Virus record (IMG/VR): IMGVR_UViG_3300029873_000010
Coordinates: 1 to 43,338 of that record
From: a virus
Direction: 5' to 3' (one strand)
DNA: 43,338 nucleotides
In this document: positions 23,846-32,120 of the stretch, in pieces
Layout: each line of letters starts with the position of its first letter
How positions within the stretch are numbered: the stretch's first letter is position 1
Translations under genes and position numbers: made by a program
Notes under the pieces: model-generated
Told to the model about the DNA's origin: nothing
The model's input: only the letters and a program-made list of their open reading frames with translations
Database searches by the model: none

Positions 23846-25048
23846 ATGGCATATACATTGAAAGAAAATTTGAAACGTTGGGCGGAACAATACGAAACCG
23901 CCGATTTTATCAATGCAGACCCGGTGCAAATCCCGCACCGTTACGATAGCCGGGTAAATATCGAAATATCCGCATTTGTTACGGCGTGGATTGCGTGGGG
24001 AAACCGTAAACAGATAATCAAAAAGGCGGATTTTATCGACCGTGAAATTTTCAAGGGCGAACCGTATCATTACATTATCGGCAATACTGTTAAGCGTGGG
24101 AACCGTCCCGAATGGGAACAATACAAAGGAAGTACCGATTGTTTGTACCGGACGTTTACGTTTGGCGATTTTCACGACCTTTGCGAACGCCTTTGCGACG
24201 TGTACACGGTTTACGGTAATATGGAGGCGGCAATAAAGAATACACAGAACGGGGAAAAACCAATTGCAACGTTGCAATCGTTGTTCGGTTCCGTTAATGG
24301 TATCTCGGATTTTGAAACCCAATCAGCGTGCAAACGGTTGTGTCTGTTTTTGCGTTGGATGTGTCGCAAGGGTTCCCCGGTTGACTTTGGATTGTGGGAC
24401 GTATGCGAACCCCGTAATTTGATTATTCCGTTGGATACCCACGTACATAAACAGGCAATCCGATTAGGATTAACCACACGCCGGACGCCGGATTTGCGCA
24501 CCGCCATTGAGATAACCGACCGTTTCGCCGAGATATTCCCGGACGACCCGACCAAAGGGGATTTTGCATTGTTCGGGTATGGCGTCAACAAAGGAACTGT
24601 TGCCGGAATAAATGAGATTGCCGAGGCGACGAAAAAGGGAACCAAAGCCCAAAAGAAAGCCAACGAAGCAATTGCCGCCGCCGTCCCAACCCCGGTTGCG
24701 GATTTGAGTATTGCGGACGTTCTGAAAATGCCGTTGTTCTTTGATAATGTAAAAGCCCAATTAACGAGCCTTTGGAACGACCGAGAAACCGCCCGTATGA
24801 AAGCCGCACGGAAAAAACAACGATTGAAAGCGCACGTTATCGACCGTATGCACAACAACGGCGATTGGGAACCGGGACAATTCGTTGTTCTTTTCGCAAG
24901 TATTTTGGATAAAGTCGCAACCGGGTATTCGTCGAGTGAACGGGAATTTATCCGGGCGGTTGGAATGACAGCGTTTAATATTACCATGCAAAAGTTAATC
25001 GACGATGAGAAAAAGAGAGATAACAGCAACGGGAACGATAAACAATAA
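23846..25048 (+). CDS. DUF2400/TIGR02757-like protein (HhH-GPD glycosylase-like fold) with a C-terminal extension
   Basis: ADFINADPVQIPHRY, ISAFVTAWIAWGNR, RLCLFLRWMCR, IIPLDTHVHKQAIRLGL (EndoIII-like DTH motif) and DPTKGDFALFGYG, plus about 150 extra C-terminal aa. Confidence 0.6.
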   Translation: MAYTLKENLKRWAEQYETADFINADPVQIPHRYDSRVNIEISAFVTAWIAWGNRKQIIKKADFIDREIFKGEPYHYIIGNTVKRGNRPEWEQYKGSTDCLYRTFTFGDFHDLCERLCDVYTVYGNMEAAIKNTQNGEKPIATLQSLFGSVNGISDFETQSACKRLCLFLRWMCRKGSPVDFGLWDVCEPRNLIIPLDTHVHKQAIRLGLTTRRTPDLRTAIEITDRFAEIFPDDPTKGDFALFGYGVNKGTVAGINEIAEATKKGTKAQKKANEAIAAAVPTPVADLSIADVLKMPLFFDNVKAQLTSLWNDRETARMKAARKKQRLKAHVIDRMHNNGDWEPGQFVVLFASILDKVATGYSSSEREFIRAVGMTAFNITMQKLIDDEKKRDNSNGNDKQ

Positions 25049-25061
25049 CGGTGGGTTGGCA

Positions 25062-25436
25062 ATGTACATGGGGGAATTAAACGAGTTTTTCAAAGGTTGG
25101 AAAGGTTCCCGGATAATTGCCCGGTTCATTGTAGCGTCGCCCGGTTCGTCCGAGGCTTTGAAAGGCTATTATTTCAACTATGTTGTACCCACTTTTCGGC
25201 ACGCCATTTGGGAGGCGGGCGAACGTCTGACGGAGGAACAAACAGAACGGAGGTTGCGGGAGTTTTCCCCAATTATGTACGTCGAGCGGGTCAACGAGGA
25301 AACCGGGAAATATTCCCACGAATTGCGCACCGTGGCGGAATTGTCGAACGCCGAGTTAATCGAGCATATCGAAACACTCAAACAGATTGCCGCCGAGGAA
25401 TACAACACGTATATTGACGACCCACGAACGTTGTAA
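25062..25436 (+). CDS. Hypothetical protein (weak NinB/Orf-like resemblance)
   Basis: 124 aa from the ATG 14 nt after the upstream stop. The C-terminal LSNAELIEHIETLKQIAAEEYNTYIDDP recalls NinB-family C-termini. Tentative. Confidence 0.4.
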   Translation: MYMGELNEFFKGWKGSRIIARFIVASPGSSEALKGYYFNYVVPTFRHAIWEAGERLTEEQTERRLREFSPIMYVERVNEETGKYSHELRTVAELSNAELIEHIETLKQIAAEEYNTYIDDPRTL

Positions 25437-25503
25437 GATTGAGCAAACGCCCAACGACGACGGGCAAAAACGATTATTTAACGAATAAAAAAGTAACGAG
25501 AGT

Positions 25504-26328
25504 ATGAAATTTGAATTAAAAGACATTTGTTTTTTCGATTGCGAAACAACAGGAGTACCCGCAAAGGGTTTGAAATGGGATGCGGATTTTAACCAATTCC
25601 CGCACGTCGTACAATTGGCGTGGGCGTTCGGCGACAAAGAACGCAGTTTTATAATTAAGCCGGACAATTACGAGATACCGCCGGAAACAACCGCAATACA
25701 CGGAATAACGACCGAACGGGCAATTGCCGAGGGCGTACCGTTTGCCGAGGTCGTGGACGAATTTTTGGCGGATGCCGCCGCCGCCCCGCTTGTATGTGCG
25801 CACAACATTTACTTTGATACGTCGATGTTGAAAGCAAACATTTTGCGCTATTGTGGCAAAGAGTATTACGACGCCAAATGCGAGGACGCATTGCATAAGG
25901 GAAAACGCATTGATACAATGATGAAAACTATTAAATTTGTCGGCGCATTGTATCAGAATGGCAAACCGGGAAAATTCCCCAAATTGGAGGAATTATTTGC
26001 AAAGTTGTTCCCCGGCGAAACATTCCCGGCGCACGACGCATTACAGGACGTTAAGGCATTACGCCGATGCGTCCCGGAATTGGTCAAATTGGGGATTATC
26101 GAGTTGAAACAAAAGGAATACCCGGAGGAACAAAGCAAAGCGAAATTTGAGCCGGAAAAGCCCGGAAACGGGGGCATTAAGTTTTACGACCCGAACCCCG
26201 TAACGGAGCCAATCGGAACCGGGAACCCCAAGCGGGAACCCGTACCGGAACCAATCCCGGAACCTCAACGCCCGACGGTCGCCCGGAATAAGACGACAAA
26301 GGATTTGTTGGACGAAACAGATTTTTAG
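25504..26328 (+). CDS. DnaQ-like DEDDh 3'-5' exonuclease
   Basis: FFDCETTG (Exo I), VCAHNIYFDTSML (Exo II), AHDALQDVKAL (Exo III). Pro-rich C-terminus. Confidence 0.8.
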   Translation: MKFELKDICFFDCETTGVPAKGLKWDADFNQFPHVVQLAWAFGDKERSFIIKPDNYEIPPETTAIHGITTERAIAEGVPFAEVVDEFLADAAAAPLVCAHNIYFDTSMLKANILRYCGKEYYDAKCEDALHKGKRIDTMMKTIKFVGALYQNGKPGKFPKLEELFAKLFPGETFPAHDALQDVKALRRCVPELVKLGIIELKQKEYPEEQSKAKFEPEKPGNGGIKFYDPNPVTEPIGTGNPKREPVPEPIPEPQRPTVARNKTTKDLLDETDF

Positions 26329-26331
26329 AGT

Positions 26332-26430
26332 ATGGCAAAGCGAACGAAAGACGAATTGATTGCAACGGAAGCCAAGGAACGGGAATTGTTCCAAGCCGAG
26401 TTAAAACGATACGTTGAGGAAGATTTGTAA
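26332..26430 (+). CDS. Possible 32-aa small ORF
   Basis: ATG lies 4 nt after the upstream stop. Encodes the charged helix MAKRTKDELIATEAKERELFQAELKRYVEEDL. Below the track length cutoff. Confidence 0.35.
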   Translation: MAKRTKDELIATEAKERELFQAELKRYVEEDL

Positions 26431-26436
26431 AACCGA

Positions 26437-26461
26437 GCCGGGCGTTCCCGGCAACAAATAA
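26437..26461 (+). promoter_or_regulatory. Intercistronic hairpin box variant GCCGGG / CGTT / CCCGGC plus AACAAATAA
   Basis: The 3' half CCCGGCAACAAATAA is identical to 14813-14827. ATG 26473 lies 20 nt after the stem. Confidence 0.55.
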
Positions 26462-26472
26462 ATTATCAAAAA

Positions 26473-27162
26473 ATGAGCGAGAAAAAAGAAACCGCAAACG
26501 TAATGCCGATATCGTCGGAAAAGTCGTTTGCATTATCGAAAGTCAAGACGTTAAAAGACGGCGGATTGGACGTACATTATGAAGTTACCGAAACCGTCGG
26601 TAATGAGAGTTACACGAACAAATACCACGTCGAAAGCGCAAAGGACATACACCCGGATTTGCGCAATTGCTTTGACAGGTTGCGCCCAATTATGGGGCGT
26701 ATTTTCAATATCACGTCGTTTTTGTCCCTTATGGATACGCCGGATATGAAAGCCAACCAAAAGCAGAAAGACGCCGCCCGTAACTTTGCGGACGAAATGT
26801 TGAAAAACATTGAGGTTCGGGGCGTGTCCCTTTCCGGTCAAGACGATAACGTTGGGGTCGTCCTTACGGGATTGTTCACGGTATCCAACAACCAAAAGAC
26901 GGCGATAAATTCGCCCCGTCTGAAATTCAGTACCGAAACGTTCGGTTTTGAGGAAGAATTGGAAGAAATCGTTGCGGACATAGAAAACGAGGTTTACGCA
27001 TTTTTGTTCAAAGGCAAAAAGGCGCAATTGGAATTGTTCGGGGCTGACGGCGAACCCGCACCGGGTTTGGTCGCAGAACCGGAAAAGGAGGGCGGATTGT
27101 TCCCGGAGGTCGGCGACCCGGCTAACGAGGACGACCCGGAGGACGAAACGGCGGATATGTAA
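26473..27162 (+). CDS. Hypothetical protein with an acidic C-terminal tail
   Basis: 229-aa ORF ending PANEDDPEDETADM. Confidence 0.55.
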   Translation: MSEKKETANVMPISSEKSFALSKVKTLKDGGLDVHYEVTETVGNESYTNKYHVESAKDIHPDLRNCFDRLRPIMGRIFNITSFLSLMDTPDMKANQKQKDAARNFADEMLKNIEVRGVSLSGQDDNVGVVLTGLFTVSNNQKTAINSPRLKFSTETFGFEEELEEIVADIENEVYAFLFKGKKAQLELFGADGEPAPGLVAEPEKEGGLFPEVGDPANEDDPEDETADM

Positions 27163-27165
27163 GCA

Positions 27166-27615
27166 ATGGAGCCGATATTGCTAACAGACCGGGAGGAATA
27201 CCAATTTGTAACCGATAGGGGGTTTTGCCCCCTATTGGATTACAAGCGGTTTACAATGGATATTCGGTTGCGTGTCGAAATCCAACGGGAATTGTTCGGA
27301 CATTGCGTTTTTGGTCGTGGGAATATCCCACAGGCAAACGAACGGTTTTTTAGGTGGATTTGGGAACATAAGCCGCACCAATGCGAGGAAACATTGCGCC
27401 CGTTGTCGAGTTATTCCGCCGTTTATTGTTCGCATATCCTAACGAGGGGTTCATACCCGGAAATGGCGCACGACCCCCGCAATATCAATATCCTTTGTTT
27501 TGAGATGCACAACCGTTGGGAGAATGGCGACCGGGAGCGAATGAGAATATACCCGGCAAATATGCGGCTTATCGAGTTAATGAAAACAGAGTATCAACAA
27601 TTAAAAATCCGGTAA
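27166..27615 (+). CDS. HNH-motif (NinG-like) nuclease family protein
   Basis: CSHILTRGSYPEMAHDPRNINILCFEMHNRWENG fits an H-N-H core. Confidence 0.5.
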   Translation: MEPILLTDREEYQFVTDRGFCPLLDYKRFTMDIRLRVEIQRELFGHCVFGRGNIPQANERFFRWIWEHKPHQCEETLRPLSSYSAVYCSHILTRGSYPEMAHDPRNINILCFEMHNRWENGDRERMRIYPANMRLIELMKTEYQQLKIR

Positions 27616-27972
27616 ATGAGAATAAAAAAGAGAACGCCCGATTATGGGGCAATTTCCCGGTCGTCAATCAAACGAGATTTTCAAAGGGTGCAAAGATACC
27701 CCAAAGAGGAAAAATGCCCGGAAATCGACGAATTGCCGAAAATAAATGCGGAACGCCGCATTATCCATATATCCGAAACAAGCGCATACGCCAAATTTGC
27801 CCTTTTCATTGTTGGCAAATTGATACGGATACGGGAAAAAGCCAACGTTGGGGGTAATTCATGGTATTGCGAGTTTGTACACGACGACGACCGTAAGGCG
27901 TTAAATATGGCGGCGGGTTGGTCGGACAACAAACGGGAATACCTGTTTGACGGTATTAAATTCAAAAAATAA
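27616..27972 (+). CDS. Hypothetical protein
   Basis: 118-aa ORF. Its ATG abuts the upstream TAA. Confidence 0.5.
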   Translation: MRIKKRTPDYGAISRSSIKRDFQRVQRYPKEEKCPEIDELPKINAERRIIHISETSAYAKFALFIVGKLIRIREKANVGGNSWYCEFVHDDDRKALNMAAGWSDNKREYLFDGIKFKK

Positions 27973-27976
27973 AGTT

Positions 27977-28393
27977 ATGAGCGTAAACAAGGTTATTTTA
28001 TTAGGACATATCGGGAAAGCCCCGGATTTTAAGGAGTTCGACAACGGGGGTTGCGTGGCGACCTTTTCGTTGGCAACCACGAAACGAGGTTATACCACAA
28101 AGGACGGGCGGCAAATCCCGGAGCGTACCGAATGGCATAACGTCGTATTGCAAAATGGGTTGGCAAAGGTCGCCAATCAGTACGTCAAAAAGGGCGATAA
28201 ACTGTATATTGAGGGCGAATTGAGAACCCGGAGTTATGACGATGCGCAAGGCGTCAAACGGTATGTTACCGAGATAGTCGCAACCGATATGGAAATGTTG
28301 ACCCCGAAAGCGACCGGAGCCGGGGCGCAAGTACCGCCGCCGCCCGTGCCGGATGCACCCGCCCCCGACGGAAACGACGATTTACCATTTTAA
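27977..28393 (+). CDS. ssb: Single-stranded DNA-binding protein
   Basis: MSVNKVILLGHIGKAPDFK, TEWHNVV and LYIEGELRTRSY (OB fold), a Pro/Ala linker, and the acidic tip DDLPF. Confidence 0.9.
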   Translation: MSVNKVILLGHIGKAPDFKEFDNGGCVATFSLATTKRGYTTKDGRQIPERTEWHNVVLQNGLAKVANQYVKKGDKLYIEGELRTRSYDDAQGVKRYVTEIVATDMEMLTPKATGAGAQVPPPPVPDAPAPDGNDDLPF

Positions 28394-28405
28394 GCCGTGG
28401 ACGAT

Positions 28406-29239
28406 ATGGGAGCGATAAACGGACGGGTTATTTACAGCCCGAAAGGTAAAGCCGGGGAATACGCCGAGAACGCCGCCAATTTCTTTGTTGGTTGTTCCAA
28501 CGGTTGTACTTACTGTTATTTGCGCAAAGGTCGTGGCGCAAAGGTATTGGGAGGCAGTCACCCGGAGTTGAAAAAGACGTTGCGGGAATATCCATACGCT
28601 TTGGATATTTTCAAAAACGAATTGTTGGCGCATAAGGAGGAATTGCAGAAAACGGGGTTATTCTTTTCGTTCACGACCGACCCGTTGTTGCCGGAAACGG
28701 AACGGTTGACCCGTCAAGCGGTCGGCGTTTGCCAACGTAACGGCGTCCCGGTTAAGATATTGAGCAAATGCGCCGAGGGGTTGAACCGCTTCATTGATTT
28801 TGCCGAGGCGTCCGAGGGTTGGGACGTGTCCCGTATCGCTTTGGGCGCAACGTTGACAGGTTGCGACGAATTGGAGCCGAACGCCGACCCAAATACGATG
28901 CGGGTTAATGTGTTGGCACGGGCAAAACGCCACGGGTTCCGCACCTTTGCAAGCGTGGAGCCAATCCCGCCGGGAATGTACGACCGGGCAATTGGGATAA
29001 TCAAATTGTCGTATCCGTTCGTTGACCTGTATAAAATCGGGTTGCAGAGCGGCGGCAAATATCCGAAACGAGAAATACGATTGATTTACGACACGATTAC
29101 GGAACATTGGGAGGGACGCCCGGAACAACCCCGTATCTATTGGAAAGATAGTATTGTTAATCCGTTAGGGATTGACCGGGGAAAATTGCCAGGGTATTGT
29201 ATCCCTTTTAATTGGGATTTGTTTAACAATGAAAAGTGA
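28406..29239 (+). CDS. Radical SAM enzyme, spore-photoproduct-lyase / COG1533-like
   Basis: KAGEYAENAANFFVGCSNGCTYCYL carries a CX3CX2C cluster in the same context as SplB (GCMGHCHYCYL). ATG 28406 is preferred over the track GTG at 28397. Confidence 0.7.
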   Translation: MGAINGRVIYSPKGKAGEYAENAANFFVGCSNGCTYCYLRKGRGAKVLGGSHPELKKTLREYPYALDIFKNELLAHKEELQKTGLFFSFTTDPLLPETERLTRQAVGVCQRNGVPVKILSKCAEGLNRFIDFAEASEGWDVSRIALGATLTGCDELEPNADPNTMRVNVLARAKRHGFRTFASVEPIPPGMYDRAIGIIKLSYPFVDLYKIGLQSGGKYPKREIRLIYDTITEHWEGRPEQPRIYWKDSIVNPLGIDRGKLPGYCIPFNWDLFNNEK

Positions 29240-29402
29240 AATACGGGTTGAGGTTCCCGCCGATTGCCGATTGGTCGGAGTAAGGACGGACGGCGATGTT
29301 GTCGTTATCATTTACGAGCCAATCCAAAACGTCCGGCAAATTGGATTTATCCATTACCCGGAACCCGACGACGAAACCGAGGAACCCGAAAATAAAAAGT
29401 AA
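29229..29402 (+). CDS. Hypothetical small acidic protein
   Basis: 57 aa from ATG 29229, which overlaps the rSAM gene end by 11 nt. Confidence 0.45.
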   Translation: MKSEIRVEVPADCRLVGVRTDGDVVVIIYEPIQNVRQIGFIHYPEPDDETEEPENKK

Positions 29403-29404
29403 AT

Positions 29405-29914
29405 ATGCAGTTCAGTAACAAAGATTACAACCCCGACCAACACGACCGTTGGCGGGCGTTGACGGTAAAGAACCCGTTTGCAACGCAATTGGTAACGGCG
29501 GCGTATGAGGACAACGGGGTTATTTATGGCGAAAAAACAATTGAGGTTCGCAGTAAGTCCACGACGTACAGGGGCGACCTGTTAATTTGTTCGTCAAAGA
29601 ACCCGGATTTGCCGGGGTATGAAAACGGCGTAACATTGGGGTTGGTCGAATTGTACGACGTTAAGCCCGTCGCCGAGTTCACGCCGTTAGATTGGGAACA
29701 AACCCGGATACCCCCGGAAAAGCGAAAAGCGATAACAAAGGGGTACGGGTGGTTGATGCGCAACCCCCGCCGGGTTATTGAATTTCCGGTTAAGGGGCAA
29801 TTGGGGATTTACAATTTGGTTTATACCAAAGATTGTATATTGCCGTACCCCGTAGCAATCGTAATGGATAAAAAGGGTTATGAATTAGCAGGAAAGGAGG
29901 CACACAATGAGTAA
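29405..29914 (+). CDS. ASCH (PUA-like) domain protein
   Basis: ALTVKNPFATQLV...GEKTIEVRSKSTTYRGDLLICSSK and LVELYDVKP fit the ASCH pattern. Confidence 0.65.
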   Translation: MQFSNKDYNPDQHDRWRALTVKNPFATQLVTAAYEDNGVIYGEKTIEVRSKSTTYRGDLLICSSKNPDLPGYENGVTLGLVELYDVKPVAEFTPLDWEQTRIPPEKRKAITKGYGWLMRNPRRVIEFPVKGQLGIYNLVYTKDCILPYPVAIVMDKKGYELAGKEAHNE

Positions 29915-30119
29915 GGACAAACACGCCGTAAAAACAGGCATACACGTTGGGCGGGTCGGCGTCTATGTTTACGCCCGTGAGTATTGGCAATATAAAAGTT
30001 GGCAATTTGGGGTATCCATTGACGCAATAAACGGTTACGACCGTTATTTGGATTTTGAGTTGAAAGCGTTTTGTTTCGGCGTCGGTATCCGCTTTATTTG
30101 GATTAAACGGAAAAAGTAA
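29907..30119 (+). CDS. Hypothetical protein
   Basis: 70-aa ORF with an 8-nt overlap with the ASCH gene. AAGGAGG lies upstream. Confidence 0.45.
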   Translation: MSKDKHAVKTGIHVGRVGVYVYAREYWQYKSWQFGVSIDAINGYDRYLDFELKAFCFGVGIRFIWIKRKK

Positions 30120-30162
30120 CCGGGGAAATCCGTATATTTGTGGACGATACGAGAGCGAAACA

Positions 30163-30468
30163 ATGAGAGTAAAACAACCCGAAATATTCGACCCGAAAAG
30201 GGAGTACAAGCCCGGCGAACGTGCCATTTACAAAGGCATGGTTATTATTGCCGAGATATGGACGAAAGCCGCCCAAAGATTAGCAGACGAACCCGGAACC
30301 CTTTTTTGCCAACGGTGCGTCCGTTGCAAGATAGACCGGGACGTTTGCACCGGAGCGCATTTGCAATGCGATAAGTACAACAGAACCGACCGAAAAACGA
30401 TATTTTGGCGGTTGGCATATCCGAAAACAGTAAGAACGAATAAAAAATTAGAGCATGACAGAAAGTAA
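30163..30468 (+). CDS. Cys-rich small protein
   Basis: 101 aa containing FCQRCVRCKIDRDVCTGAHLQC. A TATATTTG -7-like box lies at 30133-30140 upstream. Confidence 0.5.
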   Translation: MRVKQPEIFDPKREYKPGERAIYKGMVIIAEIWTKAAQRLADEPGTLFCQRCVRCKIDRDVCTGAHLQCDKYNRTDRKTIFWRLAYPKTVRTNKKLEHDRK

Positions 30469-31168
30469 GTTAAACCCGTTTGATGCGGAATTGTTGGTTA
30501 TGATTGGCGATATTGCCAAAAGCCAACCGGAGGTCGAGGAAAAACCCGACCGTTACGAAATCACGGTTGACACAACCGAGATACAGGGAAACGCAATTGA
30601 AGCACTAAAACAGGCAGTCGCCGGACGATTGGGGAAACGCTTGTTAGTTACCCACACGTTAGACGCCGCCGTTGTTTTCAACGTCGAGTACGACCCGACG
30701 GAATACCCGGAACAAATCCGCACCCGGTTAGTTGAGCCGGACGCCACGGCGGGAACCCGATATTGCCGCACGTTGTTAGAAGTTGACGCAATACAGGTAC
30801 GCCGGGACAATTTGGACGACCTGTTGAGATTTACCGGAGGCGGAACCATGACGATACCGAGAACCCCAAACGGGCGGGCGGTTTATTCGTTCCCGGACGG
30901 CAACGGCATTTTCATTGACGCCCCGGAAACGTACTACATTGTCCGGGAACCGGACGGACGATTGACAACCCGCCCGGAAAGAGAGTTTAACCGGGAGTTT
31001 GAGCCGAAAGGCGTAAGCGTACCGAAAGAACCCGGCGATAAGGGATGCGGGAATTGCGCCAACTTTACAAACGAGGACGTCAACGGGAACGGTTATTGCG
31101 AGGCGTTCAAATGCGAACAATCGTGCGGCGGTATGCCGTGCCAAGAGTACAAACCCAAAAATCAATAA
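30455..31168 (+). CDS. Hypothetical protein with a C-terminal Cys-rich module
   Basis: 237 aa, ending GCGNCANFTNEDVNGNGYCEAFKCEQSCGGMPCQEY. Confidence 0.55.
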   Translation: MTESKLNPFDAELLVMIGDIAKSQPEVEEKPDRYEITVDTTEIQGNAIEALKQAVAGRLGKRLLVTHTLDAAVVFNVEYDPTEYPEQIRTRLVEPDATAGTRYCRTLLEVDAIQVRRDNLDDLLRFTGGGTMTIPRTPNGRAVYSFPDGNGIFIDAPETYYIVREPDGRLTTRPEREFNREFEPKGVSVPKEPGDKGCGNCANFTNEDVNGNGYCEAFKCEQSCGGMPCQEYKPKNQ

Positions 31169-31172
31169 AGCG

Positions 31173-31598
31173 ATGAACAAAAGAGAAAAATTTTTGAAAG
31201 AGATTGCCGAGGTTATCAACCGTAATTCTTTGGAGGCGCATTTTAACGATACCCCGGATTACATATTGGCGGAAGTAGCAGTTGAAGCAATGGAGAATTT
31301 CGCCGAAGCGTCCGCACGGAGGGACAATTGGCACGGGTTCAAAGAAGCCGATAAGCCGGGCGAGGTTGTGCGGAATGAGGATTGCGACAATTGCCCGGTT
31401 CGGGGGATTTGCCCGGAGCATAAGAAGCCGGAGGCGTTCGACGTCCCAAAGGAGGTGCGAGCAATGGCGGAATTTTTCGGCAAGATGTTCCCCGGTTCCA
31501 AAGTAGAAATACACCGGGTCGAAATGCCGAAAAGGAACCCACGGGATAAACGCCGGGCAAAGAACAAAAGGAAAGGGGGCAACAATGGGAAAAAGTAA
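31173..31598 (+). CDS. Hypothetical protein with a CxxCx5C motif and a basic tail
   Basis: 141 aa containing EDCDNCPVRGICPEH. C-terminus is RNPRDKRRAKNKRKGGNNGKK. Confidence 0.5.
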   Translation: MNKREKFLKEIAEVINRNSLEAHFNDTPDYILAEVAVEAMENFAEASARRDNWHGFKEADKPGEVVRNEDCDNCPVRGICPEHKKPEAFDVPKEVRAMAEFFGKMFPGSKVEIHRVEMPKRNPRDKRRAKNKRKGGNNGKK

Positions 31599-31800
31599 TT
31601 GCCCCGGACAATCGAAGCCCGAAAAGATATGCGGAACGTGTCGATATTTTAACCCGGAATTTCCGGTAAATGGAAAGCCCGCCCCGGTATGTTTGGCAAT
31701 AAAAGAAATGAAAGGGGGAACGGAATACAGCAACCCCCGTGGAACCCAACCGCATTTTCGTTGCTCAAATGGTAGGTACGAAATAGGCATAAGCAATTAG
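31585..31800 (+). CDS. Cys-rich small protein
   Basis: 71 aa containing NCPG...ICGTCRYFNPE...PVCL...FRCSNG. The CG(T/N)C..F motif is shared with the C-terminus of 30455..31168. Confidence 0.45.
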   Translation: MGKSNCPGQSKPEKICGTCRYFNPEFPVNGKPAPVCLAIKEMKGGTEYSNPRGTQPHFRCSNGRYEIGISN

Positions 31801-31806
31801 GCAATC

Positions 31807-31833
31807 AGCCCCGGAAACAAAGCCGGGGTTTTG
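31807..31833 (+). terminator. Rho-independent terminator ending the early/middle region
   Basis: CCCCGG / aaacaaag / CCGGGG followed by TTTTG. The stem can be extended by A-U and G-U pairs. Confidence 0.7.
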
Positions 31834-31860
31834 CCGTTTATATGTGAGAGAGAACAAACG

Positions 31861-31892
31861 GTTGGCAATGTGCCGGAAAAGCCGTAAATTTG
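31861..31892 (+). promoter_or_regulatory. Candidate late promoter
   Basis: GTTG-N20-TAAATTTG (-7 box at 31885-31892). The -33 element is a partial match only. Confidence 0.4.
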
Positions 31893-32004
31893 CCCCGTGG
31901 TTAAAAGATAACCGCCGAGATATAGAAAGTATTGGTTAAGACAATAAAGCCTCTTAAAATGGAAATTCCGTGCAAATAACTTGCAAAGGGTAAGCAACGT
32001 TTTA

Positions 32005-32120
32005 AGGAGGTAAACAGGGGAAAGGATAAAGCCCGGAACGAAAGAACAAAGGCAAAGGAGCCGATAAGGAACCAAGCCAAAGGACGAAAAGGCGTAAAAG
32101 GCAGATTTTGACCCCTGTTT
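32005..32120 (+). repeat. Purine-rich AAAGG-repeat region in the leader upstream of terS, bracketed by a 9-nt inverted repeat
   Basis: AAAGG starts at 32021, 32048, 32054, 32079, 32088 and 32097. About 75% purine. AAACAGGGG (32012-32020) pairs with CCCCTGTTT (32112-32120). Confidence 0.5.

Noticed and set aside
22298-25062. Long minus-strand ORFs 22298-23266 (322 aa) and 24211-25062 (283 aa); similar ones at 13086-13733, 17564-18358, 33943-34635 and 39201-39935
   Set aside because: All lie antisense to confident plus-strand genes with recognisable motifs. Their sequences are Ser/Ala/Cys/Phe-rich shadows, and they carry no independent signals.
28406-31800. RiPP (sactipeptide/ranthipeptide) cluster: radical SAM plus Cys-rich small ORFs
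   Set aside because: The rSAM enzyme has an SPL/COG1533-type N-terminus and no SPASM/twitch auxiliary-cluster region. There is no leader-peptide-like precursor, peptidase or transporter. The Cys-rich ORFs look like zinc ribbons of 70-240 aa rather than short precursors.
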